DNA of 57,929 nt from a virus (taxonomy: Duplodnaviria; Caudoviricetes), in the IMG/VR virus record IMGVR_UViG_3300025009_000123, positions 1-57,929 of that record. One strand, 5' to 3'. Positions 1 to 6,999 of the stretch are shown here, one piece after another; within the stretch, counting starts at the first letter, position 1, and the number at the start of each line of letters is the position of its first letter. Below the pieces are notes generated by a model that saw only the letters and a list, made by a program, of their open reading frames with translations, was not told the origin of the DNA and did not search any database. The position numbers were made by a program, and so were the translations under genes.

Positions 1-112
1 TGTTTCCCCAGGCCACGACATTGCTGTTTTCCCAGGCCTCGACATGGCTGTTTTCCCTGGCCACTACATGGCTGTTTTCCCTGGCCACTACATGGCTGTT
101 TCCCCAGGCCTT
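1..112. repeat. 24-bp tandem repeat, about 4.5 imperfect units
   Basis: Unit is approximately catggctgttttccctggccacta; it encodes the octapeptide repeat on the minus strand. Confidence 0.9.
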
Positions 113-220
113 ATTGATGGTAATTCTTATCGCCACCCTTATTTCTATTCGAGTATATTCCTCGAACATTTCGGGCAGAGCGTCAAACTCCTTTTGCGTT
201 TTAATGATGATTATTTTCAT
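1..220 (-). CDS. Octapeptide-repeat (NSHVVARE-type) beta-helix-like phage protein, running off the window edge
   Basis: Not in the ORF track. ATG at 220 overlaps the Mre11 stop (ATGA). It reads MKIIIIKTQKEFDALPEMFEEYTRIEIRVAIRITINKAWGNSHVVARENSHVVARENSHVEAWENSNVVAWGN. Confidence 0.75.
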   Translation of the reverse strand, partial: MKIIIIKTQKEFDALPEMFEEYTRIEIRVAIRITINKAWGNSHVVARENSHVVARENSHVEAWENSNVVAWGN

Positions 221-1404
221 GCTGCACCCCCTACCGTCCGAATAAGTTCATCCGCCGCCATATCTTCAAGAGAATCCGCCTTCATCAGAATAGACCATTC
301 AACTTCCTCGTCTTTCAGTTCGGCCATTTTCTGTATTTTATCTCGTAGTCGATCTGCTTTGAGTACAGCTTCCGACCTGACATTCTGGCGGGGTACCCGG
401 ACGATACGGATATCGACGTCGAGGGCGCCGGCGGCTTTCATAATTTCCGTGATTGCCTCTTTGTCTATCTTGTCGGCGTCGTCTTGCCAGACTTTGTAAT
501 CCAACCGCGCAAAAGTACCCTTGACGCCATTTATAACATTGGCATCAATCCCTGTGATTTCGCCGACGGTATAGTCAAAGCTGATTCTTGATAGCTTTTT
601 TGCAGGAGTCTCGATAAAGCGCGAGCTGGTTAATTCTTCATCGATAAATTCATGTAGATAAAATCCCTTTGGCTCCATTTCGCCCCAATTCTGATGGTAA
701 AGAGATCCGCTGTAAAACGTATGCGCTCCGAGCTTCTGACTTTTATGAATATGGCCGAGAGCCACCAGATCAGGACGTGCAAGATCAATTTGCTCAAGCG
801 AAACCTCAACATCCATTCCAGTTCTTACCTGCCCGTTTGAAAGCATGGCCCCAGACACGTTAAAATGCCCGACAAGGATATGCGGGCAATCAAAACCCGC
901 CGCCTGAACCCCGAATCCAGAAAACAGCCCCGACATTGCATTACCTATTTCCTGATCGCTGTCAGTAATTCCGGAAGCAGTCTGGAAATACTGTTTTGTC
1001 GGTTGCGGTATCATAGTAATTACAGCTTGCGGCCTGCCATCCTGCATATTGTGATCGCGGAATCCGCCCTCGTAGAGATAAACTTGCTCCGGCATTGAAG
1101 CAACATAAACCGGAAAGACCCCTTTTGCGAATTGCAGGATCTCCGGGGATTTACCGTCGTGACTTGGAGTCCCGATTATAATTGCAACCGGCGCGATATC
1201 TGCCAGCTCGGAAACAACTCTGACTGCGAGCCTTGCAGCTTTTGAGTCCAGCTTGATTTCCTGCGAATCAAAGGTATCTCCGGCGTTAATAATAAGATCA
1301 ACTTTCTCTGATCGCGCCGTTTCAATTAGAAAGTCGAGGCATTTTTCAGCCTCTTCGATATCTTTGTCTTTTAAGTGCCAGTCGGCGGTAGCTAATATTT
1401 CCAT
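217..1404 (-). CDS. sbcD: SbcD/Mre11-like metallophosphoesterase exonuclease (allele A)
   Basis: Motifs ADWH, AGDTFD, GTPSHD, LVGH, LGHIH, YSGS. Start set at MEILATADWH by comparison with the second copy. Confidence 0.85.
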   Translation of the reverse strand: MEILATADWHLKDKDIEEAEKCLDFLIETARSEKVDLIINAGDTFDSQEIKLDSKAARLAVRVVSELADIAPVAIIIGTPSHDGKSPEILQFAKGVFPVYVASMPEQVYLYEGGFRDHNMQDGRPQAVITMIPQPTKQYFQTASGITDSDQEIGNAMSGLFSGFGVQAAGFDCPHILVGHFNVSGAMLSNGQVRTGMDVEVSLEQIDLARPDLVALGHIHKSQKLGAHTFYSGSLYHQNWGEMEPKGFYLHEFIDEELTSSRFIETPAKKLSRISFDYTVGEITGIDANVINGVKGTFARLDYKVWQDDADKIDKEAITEIMKAAGALDVDIRIVRVPRQNVRSEAVLKADRLRDKIQKMAELKDEEVEWSILMKADSLEDMAADELIRTVGGAA

Positions 1405-1838
1405 AGGATTGTCTCCGTCTCTTTTTTGCCGTGATATTCTAAGTGATGTTTTCTGCATAGCCATCTAACAGAAAGCGGTTTATAGTAATCGTCATGGTGC
1501 GCCTCAACTTTTTCCTTTCCGCAAATCTCGCACACGCCCTTTACGAGATTTCCGGACTTAATGGCTCGTTCTGCCAACTGGTTTGCAAGATATTTTTCGG
1601 GATTTTTCCTTCTTCTTTTTCTTTGGTACTCACCCGCATTTTGTTTTCTGTCGGGCCTTTGGCATCGCTCTTTTTCATATTCCACATAATGAAGTCTGTT
1701 TTTGTCGTAATTCTCCTGGACATCTTTTTTGTTACACTCCTTGCACTTTCCGACACGGCCATCTTTCATTTGAGAATGTTTATAAAAATCATCCAAAACT
1801 TTTTCTTTTCCGCATTTAAAGCATGTTTTTGTTTCCAT
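1392..1838 (-). CDS. Zn-finger HNH-type putative free-standing homing endonuclease
   Basis: CFKC..CKEC at the N-terminus; CEICG..EAHHDDY..VRWLCRKHH at the C-terminus; AGGAGG RBS; absent from the second allele. Confidence 0.75.
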   Translation of the reverse strand: METKTCFKCGKEKVLDDFYKHSQMKDGRVGKCKECNKKDVQENYDKNRLHYVEYEKERCQRPDRKQNAGEYQRKRRRKNPEKYLANQLAERAIKSGNLVKGVCEICGKEKVEAHHDDYYKPLSVRWLCRKHHLEYHGKKETETILWKY

Positions 1839-1896
1839 AATCCTCCTACAAGGTAAGGGTTTATGGAAACATAGCACGCGTCTAAAATGTTGTCAA
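1830..1896 (-). promoter_or_regulatory. Sigma70-like promoter plus RBS-occluding hairpin for the HNH gene
   Basis: TTGACA-17bp-TATGTT with an extended TG; 11-bp perfect inverted repeat TGTTTCCATAA/TTATGGAAACA covering the start codon. Confidence 0.7.
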
Positions 1897-1908
1897 GAGA
1901 ATACCGTT

Positions 1909-2988
1909 TTAGAAAGGAATCCCATCGTCGTCTTTGGCTTTGTCCTGTAGGTTTAAAAGGCTCTTAAAAAGGTTCACTCTCTGGCCGGGAGTTAATTCGG
2001 GTATGATTTTAATCTTTGATCTTTGCAGGAAAGCCGGAAGATCGTAGCCTTTGCGATCCGCAAGAATTGTGAGTGACTTAGCTTGTTCGTGAACGTCTCC
2101 GTTCTGAAAGTCAAGAATCTGGCTTTCTTCCGGTGTCGGAGGAGGAGGGTCTGGCTTATTGTCGTCCGGGGGATCGGGGGGATCATCCTCTTTTTCAGGA
2201 TTTATAGGCGTGATATCAATTGGCTCTGATTCCTGAACGGCGCCATCCATAACCTGTTTGCCGTAAATCCCGGTCATGCTCTGAATATGAGCCTGAATTA
2301 ACTGCTTCTTGACTTCTTTGTCGTTGTAGTCGGGCCGGAAAACTATTCGAACCATGACAAAGGGTTTCGCTAACTCGGCTTTCGTGTAAGCGTTTTTGAG
2401 TCCTAATATTTCCCTGACAACCCTGTTCATGGCCCCGGCCTCCGCTAATTTCAGTTTATGTTTTCTTTTCTGCAGCATGTCGCGCTTTACGCAGAATTCG
2501 ACATAATCAGCCTTTTCTTTCGCGCTTGCTTCCTTCTTGTATTTTTTGGCTTTGCCCTCGTAGGATTCCCGGAGCTCTTCTTCTACAACTTCAAAATCAA
2601 TGTCGTATTCAGCCCGGAAAAATACCGGCTGCCCGTCGGCTTTTTTTATTCCACCGACCGCTGCGAATGCACAATAGTTACGATCCGATCTGTTATCCAG
2701 CCGTTTTGCCTCCGCAACTGACCAGATAATACCGGCGCAAACAGACAACTTCATAAGCGCCTGTTTTGTCAGCCTGAATTTCTGCTTGTTTTCGTCGTCT
2801 TCTGAGCTATGCGGATAGACATCACCGTCTTTCGGGTCTGAGCTCAAAACAACCTTTTCAATTACCGGCGCATGAAACTCCGATAATCCCGCAATTTGAG
2901 TTGAGGGCATTAAAAGATTTGCCCCTGCTGTTTTTGCGACTTCAAGTTCTTTCAATATTTCTTTTTCTTTAGGTTCTTTTTCAGCCAT
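1909..2988 (-). CDS. Putative recombination / ssDNA-annealing protein with an SSB-like acidic tail
   Basis: Lies upstream of the Mre11 gene; Pro/Asp linker; C-terminus DDDGIPF. Confidence 0.5.
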   Translation of the reverse strand: MAEKEPKEKEILKELEVAKTAGANLLMPSTQIAGLSEFHAPVIEKVVLSSDPKDGDVYPHSSEDDENKQKFRLTKQALMKLSVCAGIIWSVAEAKRLDNRSDRNYCAFAAVGGIKKADGQPVFFRAEYDIDFEVVEEELRESYEGKAKKYKKEASAKEKADYVEFCVKRDMLQKRKHKLKLAEAGAMNRVVREILGLKNAYTKAELAKPFVMVRIVFRPDYNDKEVKKQLIQAHIQSMTGIYGKQVMDGAVQESEPIDITPINPEKEDDPPDPPDDNKPDPPPPTPEESQILDFQNGDVHEQAKSLTILADRKGYDLPAFLQRSKIKIIPELTPGQRVNLFKSLLNLQDKAKDDDGIPF

Positions 2989-3005
2989 GTTGCACCCCCT
3001 TGTTG

Positions 3006-3188
3006 TTATTTCTTCTCATTATCAATAATAAAGTTCTCGATTTCTTCCATGTTCTCAATTATTGCCTTCGCTTTTGCCAGGCCGAAACTGAAATAATAAA
3101 CCTCGCCTGTTCTTGAATTCTCTCCACACGGAATTGAGATTGTCTGTTTTCCTTTGTACTCGTCGAATTTAACTTCGTGTTTTGACAT
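3006..3188 (-). CDS. Small phage protein, possibly a PC4-like nucleic-acid binder
   Basis: EYKGKQTISI...FSFGLAKAKAI pattern; contiguous with the early operon. Confidence 0.45.
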   Translation of the reverse strand: MSKHEVKFDEYKGKQTISIPCGENSRTGEVYYFSFGLAKAKAIIENMEEIENFIIDNEKK

Positions 3189-3190
3189 TG

Positions 3191-3442
3191 TTATCCTTTC
3201 AGTTTGTAAGAAAATAAGCCCTTGTCGATCCTGCTGGCCTCAATATCCATCAGGTAGGGTTTCAGTTTTGCCCGAATATCGGAGATCCTTCCCGTTCCGT
3301 TCAGTATGTTCATCTGTCTGACTATCTCGGAATTTGTAACTTCGCCGGCAAGAAGTCTTTCGTATAGTTGGTAAGACTGAGTTCCCGGCGTGAAAAGTTT
3401 TGCAGGAGCTGGTCGTGGATGGAAAAGAGGTTGTTGAGTCAT
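3191..3442 (-). CDS. Winged-HTH phage protein
   Basis: LYERLLAGEVTNSEI...GRISDIR...YKL pattern. Confidence 0.55.
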   Translation of the reverse strand: MTQQPLFHPRPAPAKLFTPGTQSYQLYERLLAGEVTNSEIVRQMNILNGTGRISDIRAKLKPYLMDIEASRIDKGLFSYKLKG

Positions 3443-3738
3443 TCTGCCTCCCTGCGTTGCTCAAAATATTCCCTTACAAGTTTTTTATGCGCTTTATAAA
3501 CTGTCATTCTTTTTGGGCGCACATTCATTCCTTCCATAACAAAAGAAGCATAAGGATGGTTGGCTATCCACACCCGGACGCTTCCGATTGTTGCATTGAA
3601 TTTATCAATTTTAATGAACCTGTCGCACTCCAACAGTCTGTTTAATTCTTTATCCCATTCTGCGCTGTATCTGCCTTGCGAAAGCCAACAAGCAGGATGC
3701 GCCAAAGCAAACAATATTTCTATCAATCTATTCCACAT
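3439..3738 (-). CDS. Hypothetical phage protein
   Basis: GGAGG RBS before MWNRL; coupled to the next gene. Confidence 0.55.
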   Translation of the reverse strand: MWNRLIEILFALAHPACWLSQGRYSAEWDKELNRLLECDRFIKIDKFNATIGSVRVWIANHPYASFVMEGMNVRPKRMTVYKAHKKLVREYFEQRREAE

Positions 3739-3751
3739 AATCCCCTCCCCT

Positions 3752-3886
3752 TTATTTCGGTAAGCAGCACCAGATATAAATGAATACGACAAAAGCGATT
3801 CCGGCGGCGGCAATAGTCAAACCCTTACACGGCGGACCCTGTTCTTCGTCCTGAATGCGGTGATATAATTCATTGGGGTTTTTCAT
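3752..3886 (-). CDS. 44-aa membrane peptide
   Basis: MKNPNEL...IAAAGIAFVVFIYIWCCLPK; ATGA-coupled to the upstream ORF. Confidence 0.5.
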   Translation of the reverse strand: MKNPNELYHRIQDEEQGPPCKGLTIAAAGIAFVVFIYIWCCLPK

Positions 3887-4038
3887 CCTTCGCTCCTCGG
3901 CATAATGTAGGTGTATTTTATTACCTGTGATTCGATCTCATGTGCCATCCGCCACGAGTACCCGGTTCCAATTCCAGCCAGAAAAACAATTAAAAACGCT
4001 GTGAAGATTTGAAAGGCCTTCCATAATTTATCTGCCAT
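3883..4038 (-). CDS. 51-aa membrane peptide
   Basis: AAGGAGG RBS; MADKLWKAFQIFTAFLIVFLAGIGTGYSW... Confidence 0.55.
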   Translation of the reverse strand: MADKLWKAFQIFTAFLIVFLAGIGTGYSWRMAHEIESQVIKYTYIMPRSEG

Positions 4039-4052
4039 TTATGCCTCCTTCT

Positions 4053-4223
4053 TTAAGTATAAAACCATTGTTCGGGATGATTTTTAAGGACTTCAAGCTT
4101 GCAATAACTCGGGATAATTTGTTTGGCTTCTCTTTCGGTTGTTTCATGAATTTCCTGCTCACCTTCGGTTCTGAAGAGATATCTGCCTTTATCTTTGTCA
4201 TATTTAACTGTTAATTCTGGCAT
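4053..4223 (-). CDS. 56-aa early hypothetical protein
   Basis: AAGGAGG RBS; MPELTVKYDKDKGRYLFRTEG...QWFYT. Confidence 0.55.
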   Translation of the reverse strand: MPELTVKYDKDKGRYLFRTEGEQEIHETTEREAKQIIPSYCKLEVLKNHPEQWFYT

Positions 4224-4310
4224 GCTTAAGCCTCCTTTTATGCCTCCTTCGGGGTTAGTTTTAGCTGTTTGCTTCTTTCAAATTTTGTGGTTTTGTTTTT
4301 GGCTTTGTGT

Positions 4311-4348
4311 CATTAATTAATCAATAAGATTATTGATGTCAAGAAAAA
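4311..4348 (-). promoter_or_regulatory. PL-like early promoter with repressor operator
   Basis: TTGACA followed by the palindrome AATAATC-N5-GATTA; 21 nt form an exact inverted copy of 5555-5575. Confidence 0.75.
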
Positions 4349-4448
4349 TAATAATCAAATTGTAATATTTTTTTGCGAGAGGGGCTCTGTAAAGAGATAA
4401 GGCATTAATAATAAAAACGATTATGATGTTGAGATTATTGGGGAGATG

Positions 4449-4487
4449 AAAAAAGAAAAGCCGCTGCAATCAGGAAGTTGCAACGGC
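4449..4487 (-). terminator. Intrinsic terminator of the cI-lipoprotein transcript
   Basis: gccgctgcaat/gttgcaacggc stem followed by a U-rich run on the minus strand. Confidence 0.6.
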
Positions 4488-4513
4488 CTTGGGGATGTTC
4501 TGAATTATCGGGT

Positions 4514-4834
4514 CTATTTTCTCTTGTCTTCGATTACCACATTCGGGCTTTGCTCCCAGTCTTTTCTTACATAATCGGGATCATCAGGGCTTAGACAGCG
4601 AAACACTATAACGTAATAGCCCCGGCCTGTTGTGTCTTCATTTATTGGCATAATTACCTGGTTTTTTGATTTACAAAACTCATTTGCTCTGTTCAGGAGG
4701 GCCGTTCTGAATTTGGGGGTTGCGCTTGATGTATATGTATCGGGACCAAATGGCGTGATCCCCCTGTAGGGGTCTCGGGCACATGAAAACAGCATAAAGG
4801 CAAAAACCATTGAAACAAGAATTTTAATTTTCAT
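4514..4834 (-). CDS. Lipoprotein, candidate superinfection exclusion factor
   Basis: Signal peptide with lipobox (MKIKILVSMVFAFMLFS-C); directly downstream of cI. Confidence 0.65.
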   Translation of the reverse strand: MKIKILVSMVFAFMLFSCARDPYRGITPFGPDTYTSSATPKFRTALLNRANEFCKSKNQVIMPINEDTTGRGYYVIVFRCLSPDDPDYVRKDWEQSPNVVIEDKRK

Positions 4835-4868
4835 TTCAAAAACCCTTCCTTAACATGCTCTGTTTTGC

Positions 4869-5522
4869 TTAAATTTTTACAACAACATCAACAACCTTTC
4901 CAACTACGCGGAAGTCAACCGGGCTGTCTTTACGAATAACTATTTCGGGATATTTATTGTTCATCGGTCGCAATATAATAGCATCTTTTGTATCATAATA
5001 AAATTTAAATGTTGCCTCGCCGTTTAACACCGCCACACACGGGCAACCGTTGTCACAGGCTATTTCGGGGTCATCCACAATAATGTCGCCGGGAAGATAT
5101 CGCGGATACATGCTGTCGCCCTCAACGCGCAGCCCAAATGCGTTTGGCCCTGTTTTTTTGTATGAGTGAACCGGATCTCCCTCGCCGGAAACGCCCGGAG
5201 GCCATTCGTCGGAAGCCTCTGCAAGCAACCCTGCGCTAACCCACGATATCACCGGAAGCGGCCCTGAATATTTTTCCGGCAACTGAACAGACGAGAATTT
5301 ATACATCTCGCTCTCATCAACATTAAGTTTCTCGCAGATAATTTTCAATATTTTGTTTCCGATATTTCGCCGAGCCCCGGTTTCTTTATCGTTTAAAATC
5401 ATTAAAACATACACCTGGTCGCGGTCAATAAGGCGCGCGAGATCGATGGGGCGAAGGCTGCGCTCCTCCATTAAACGCATCAGGTTTTTCCGCTTAATGT
5501 CGTTTAAATTAACATCAATCAT
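4869..5522 (-). CDS. cI: CI-like repressor (HTH plus S24 autopeptidase)
   Basis: N-terminal HTH; VSAG cleavage-type site; GDSM catalytic Ser; TFK catalytic Lys; divergent from the Cro-like gene. Confidence 0.9.
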   Translation of the reverse strand: MIDVNLNDIKRKNLMRLMEERSLRPIDLARLIDRDQVYVLMILNDKETGARRNIGNKILKIICEKLNVDESEMYKFSSVQLPEKYSGPLPVISWVSAGLLAEASDEWPPGVSGEGDPVHSYKKTGPNAFGLRVEGDSMYPRYLPGDIIVDDPEIACDNGCPCVAVLNGEATFKFYYDTKDAIILRPMNNKYPEIVIRKDSPVDFRVVGKVVDVVVKI

Positions 5523-5554
5523 ATAATTTCCCTACATAATCAAAATGGTGAAAA

Positions 5555-5590
5555 TTTTTCTTGACATCAATAATCAATAAGATTATTTAT
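5555..5590 (+). promoter_or_regulatory. PR-like promoter with repressor operator
   Basis: TTGACA at 5561, then the palindrome AATAATC-aataa-GATTATT (5569-5587); the -10 is AT-rich but imperfect. Confidence 0.75.
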
Positions 5591-5596
5591 CGACAC

Positions 5597-5800
5597 ATGA
5601 AGCTAAAACAATACCTCAAAAAAAAGGATCGTGCGGCATTTGCCGCGAAAATCGGCACTACGAAAAACTATGTCAACCTGCTGTCCTGCGGATTGCGCCG
5701 GCCCGGTCCGGAACTCGCATTAAAAATTGAAATAGAAACCCAGGGCGATGTTTCGCGGATGGAGCTGCTATATCCAGGCGAGACGCTACCACAAAACTAG
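5597..5800 (+). CDS. cro: Cro/YdaS-like HTH protein
   Basis: MKLKQYL..RAAFAAKIG..RRPGPELALKIE..T.G.VSRMELLYP; divergent from cI. Confidence 0.8.
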   Translation: MKLKQYLKKKDRAAFAAKIGTTKNYVNLLSCGLRRPGPELALKIEIETQGDVSRMELLYPGETLPQN

Positions 5801-5841
5801 TTGCCGAACAACAAAGAAACTTATCAATTGGATTAATTCTC

Positions 5842-6072
5842 ATGAGTCTTCCAAAATTAAGTGAAGAAAAATTACCGGTGTCGGTTACGCTTGAACAATG
5901 GCTGACCGAGATAGCGGATCATGTTTGCAGGGTCGAGGATATCAACAGATCCCAACTCGTCACAAGAGCGTTAAAATATTATTGCTTCAGCCGCATCATA
6001 AAGGCGCGTCCCGGATTCTGGCAGACAATCTACAACGACATTATTGAGGCGTCAAACGATAGAAATGGTTAA
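5842..6072 (+). CDS. Ribbon-helix-helix regulator in the CII position
   Basis: VSVTL...NRSQLVTRALKYY RHH pattern. Confidence 0.6.
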   Translation: MSLPKLSEEKLPVSVTLEQWLTEIADHVCRVEDINRSQLVTRALKYYCFSRIIKARPGFWQTIYNDIIEASNDRNG

Positions 6073-6189
6073 AAATTATTTTAATTATAATTCTAAATCA
6101 ACCCTTTCCGGGAAAACTATCGGTGATGGGCGGGATTGAAAGGCAAGTCTTATGAGTTGGACAGAACTCAAAATTCAAACTATTTTCAG

Positions 6190-6259
6190 AAAAAGGTACA
6201 TCAGAAACCGTGCTCCCTGCATGGTCAAGAGGCTGTCCCCTCGTCTGATGTGCCTTTTT
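6190..6259 (+). ncRNA. Branched (three-way junction) RNA structure or attenuator upstream of the replication gene
   Basis: 16-bp closing stem aaaaaggtacatcaga/tctgatgtgccttttt encloses two hairpins (accgtgc/gcatggt and gagg/cctc) and ends in a U run. Confidence 0.5.
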
Positions 6260-6285
6260 GTGTAAATAAAGGGGGGGCGGCATAA

Positions 6286-6999
6286 ATGCCAAACAGGGTT
6301 ATCAAAGAATCATTATGGACTTCTCCAAATCTCAATAAACTATCCGATCTTGCCGAAAGGCATTTTTATAGAATCTTGTGCCTGCCGGATGATTTCGGTT
6401 GCTGTGAGTTGACGCCGCTTGTCGTCAAAGGTCGGTGCTATCCGCTTAAAGAAAAAATCACAACCAAGCAGATCGAGGGCTGGAATCGGGAGCTTGAGGC
6501 AGAGGATATTCTTAGAATCTGGAATGACAACGGAAGATATTATGCGTATTTTCCAACATTTAATATACATCAAAGGGTAAGATCAAAACATTTAAGAAAG
6601 ACCCCGGAGCCCCCCGAAAGCGTCACTTGTCGTCAAGTGTCGGCAGGCGACGGAGATTGTCACCCTAATCATAATCCTAATCATAATCATAATCATAATC
6701 ATAATCATAATCATAATCCTGTTTCCGACGACACGGAATTTGTTTTGCCTGAATGGATGCCAAAAGAAACCTGGGATGCTTATTTAGAAGTTAGAAATAA
6801 AAAGAGGGCAACAAAAACAGTCTATGCTTTAAATTTAATTATCAAGGAGCTATTAAAAATAAAAGCTGAATATAATCAAAACCCCTTGGACGTCCTTAAT
6901 AAATCAATAAAATCTGGATGGATAGACGTTTTCCCTTTAAAGGAAAACCAACAACTCCGGCCCATTAAAGAAAAATCAGTCCAGGAGCTTATATCATGA
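6286..6999 (+). CDS. Phage replication initiator (replisome organizer)
   Basis: MPNRVIKES..DDFG N-terminal motif; C-terminal W..Y...R..K domain; coupled to DnaB. Confidence 0.8.
   Translation: MPNRVIKESLWTSPNLNKLSDLAERHFYRILCLPDDFGCCELTPLVVKGRCYPLKEKITTKQIEGWNRELEAEDILRIWNDNGRYYAYFPTFNIHQRVRSKHLRKTPEPPESVTCRQVSAGDGDCHPNHNPNHNHNHNHNHNHNPVSDDTEFVLPEWMPKETWDAYLEVRNKKRATKTVYALNLIIKELLKIKAEYNQNPLDVLNKSIKSGWIDVFPLKENQQLRPIKEKSVQELIS
6661..6720 (+). repeat. (AATCAT)n in-frame hexamer microsatellite encoding an HN/PN linker
   Basis: Visible directly in the sequence. Confidence 0.9.

Noticed and set aside
1-112. Possible CRISPR array or iterons
   Set aside because: The 24-bp units are contiguous with no spacers and are explained by an in-frame octapeptide protein repeat; no cas genes are present.
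217-1404. True paralogous mre11 duplication within one genome
   Set aside because: The flanking gene is duplicated too and the contig ends in a 127-nt exact overlap, which fits alleles of two genomes better.
6667-6718. Microsatellite as a CI operator array (it contains ATAATC)
   Set aside because: The half-sites are direct 6-bp tandems, not the inverted N5 arrangement; probably coincidental.
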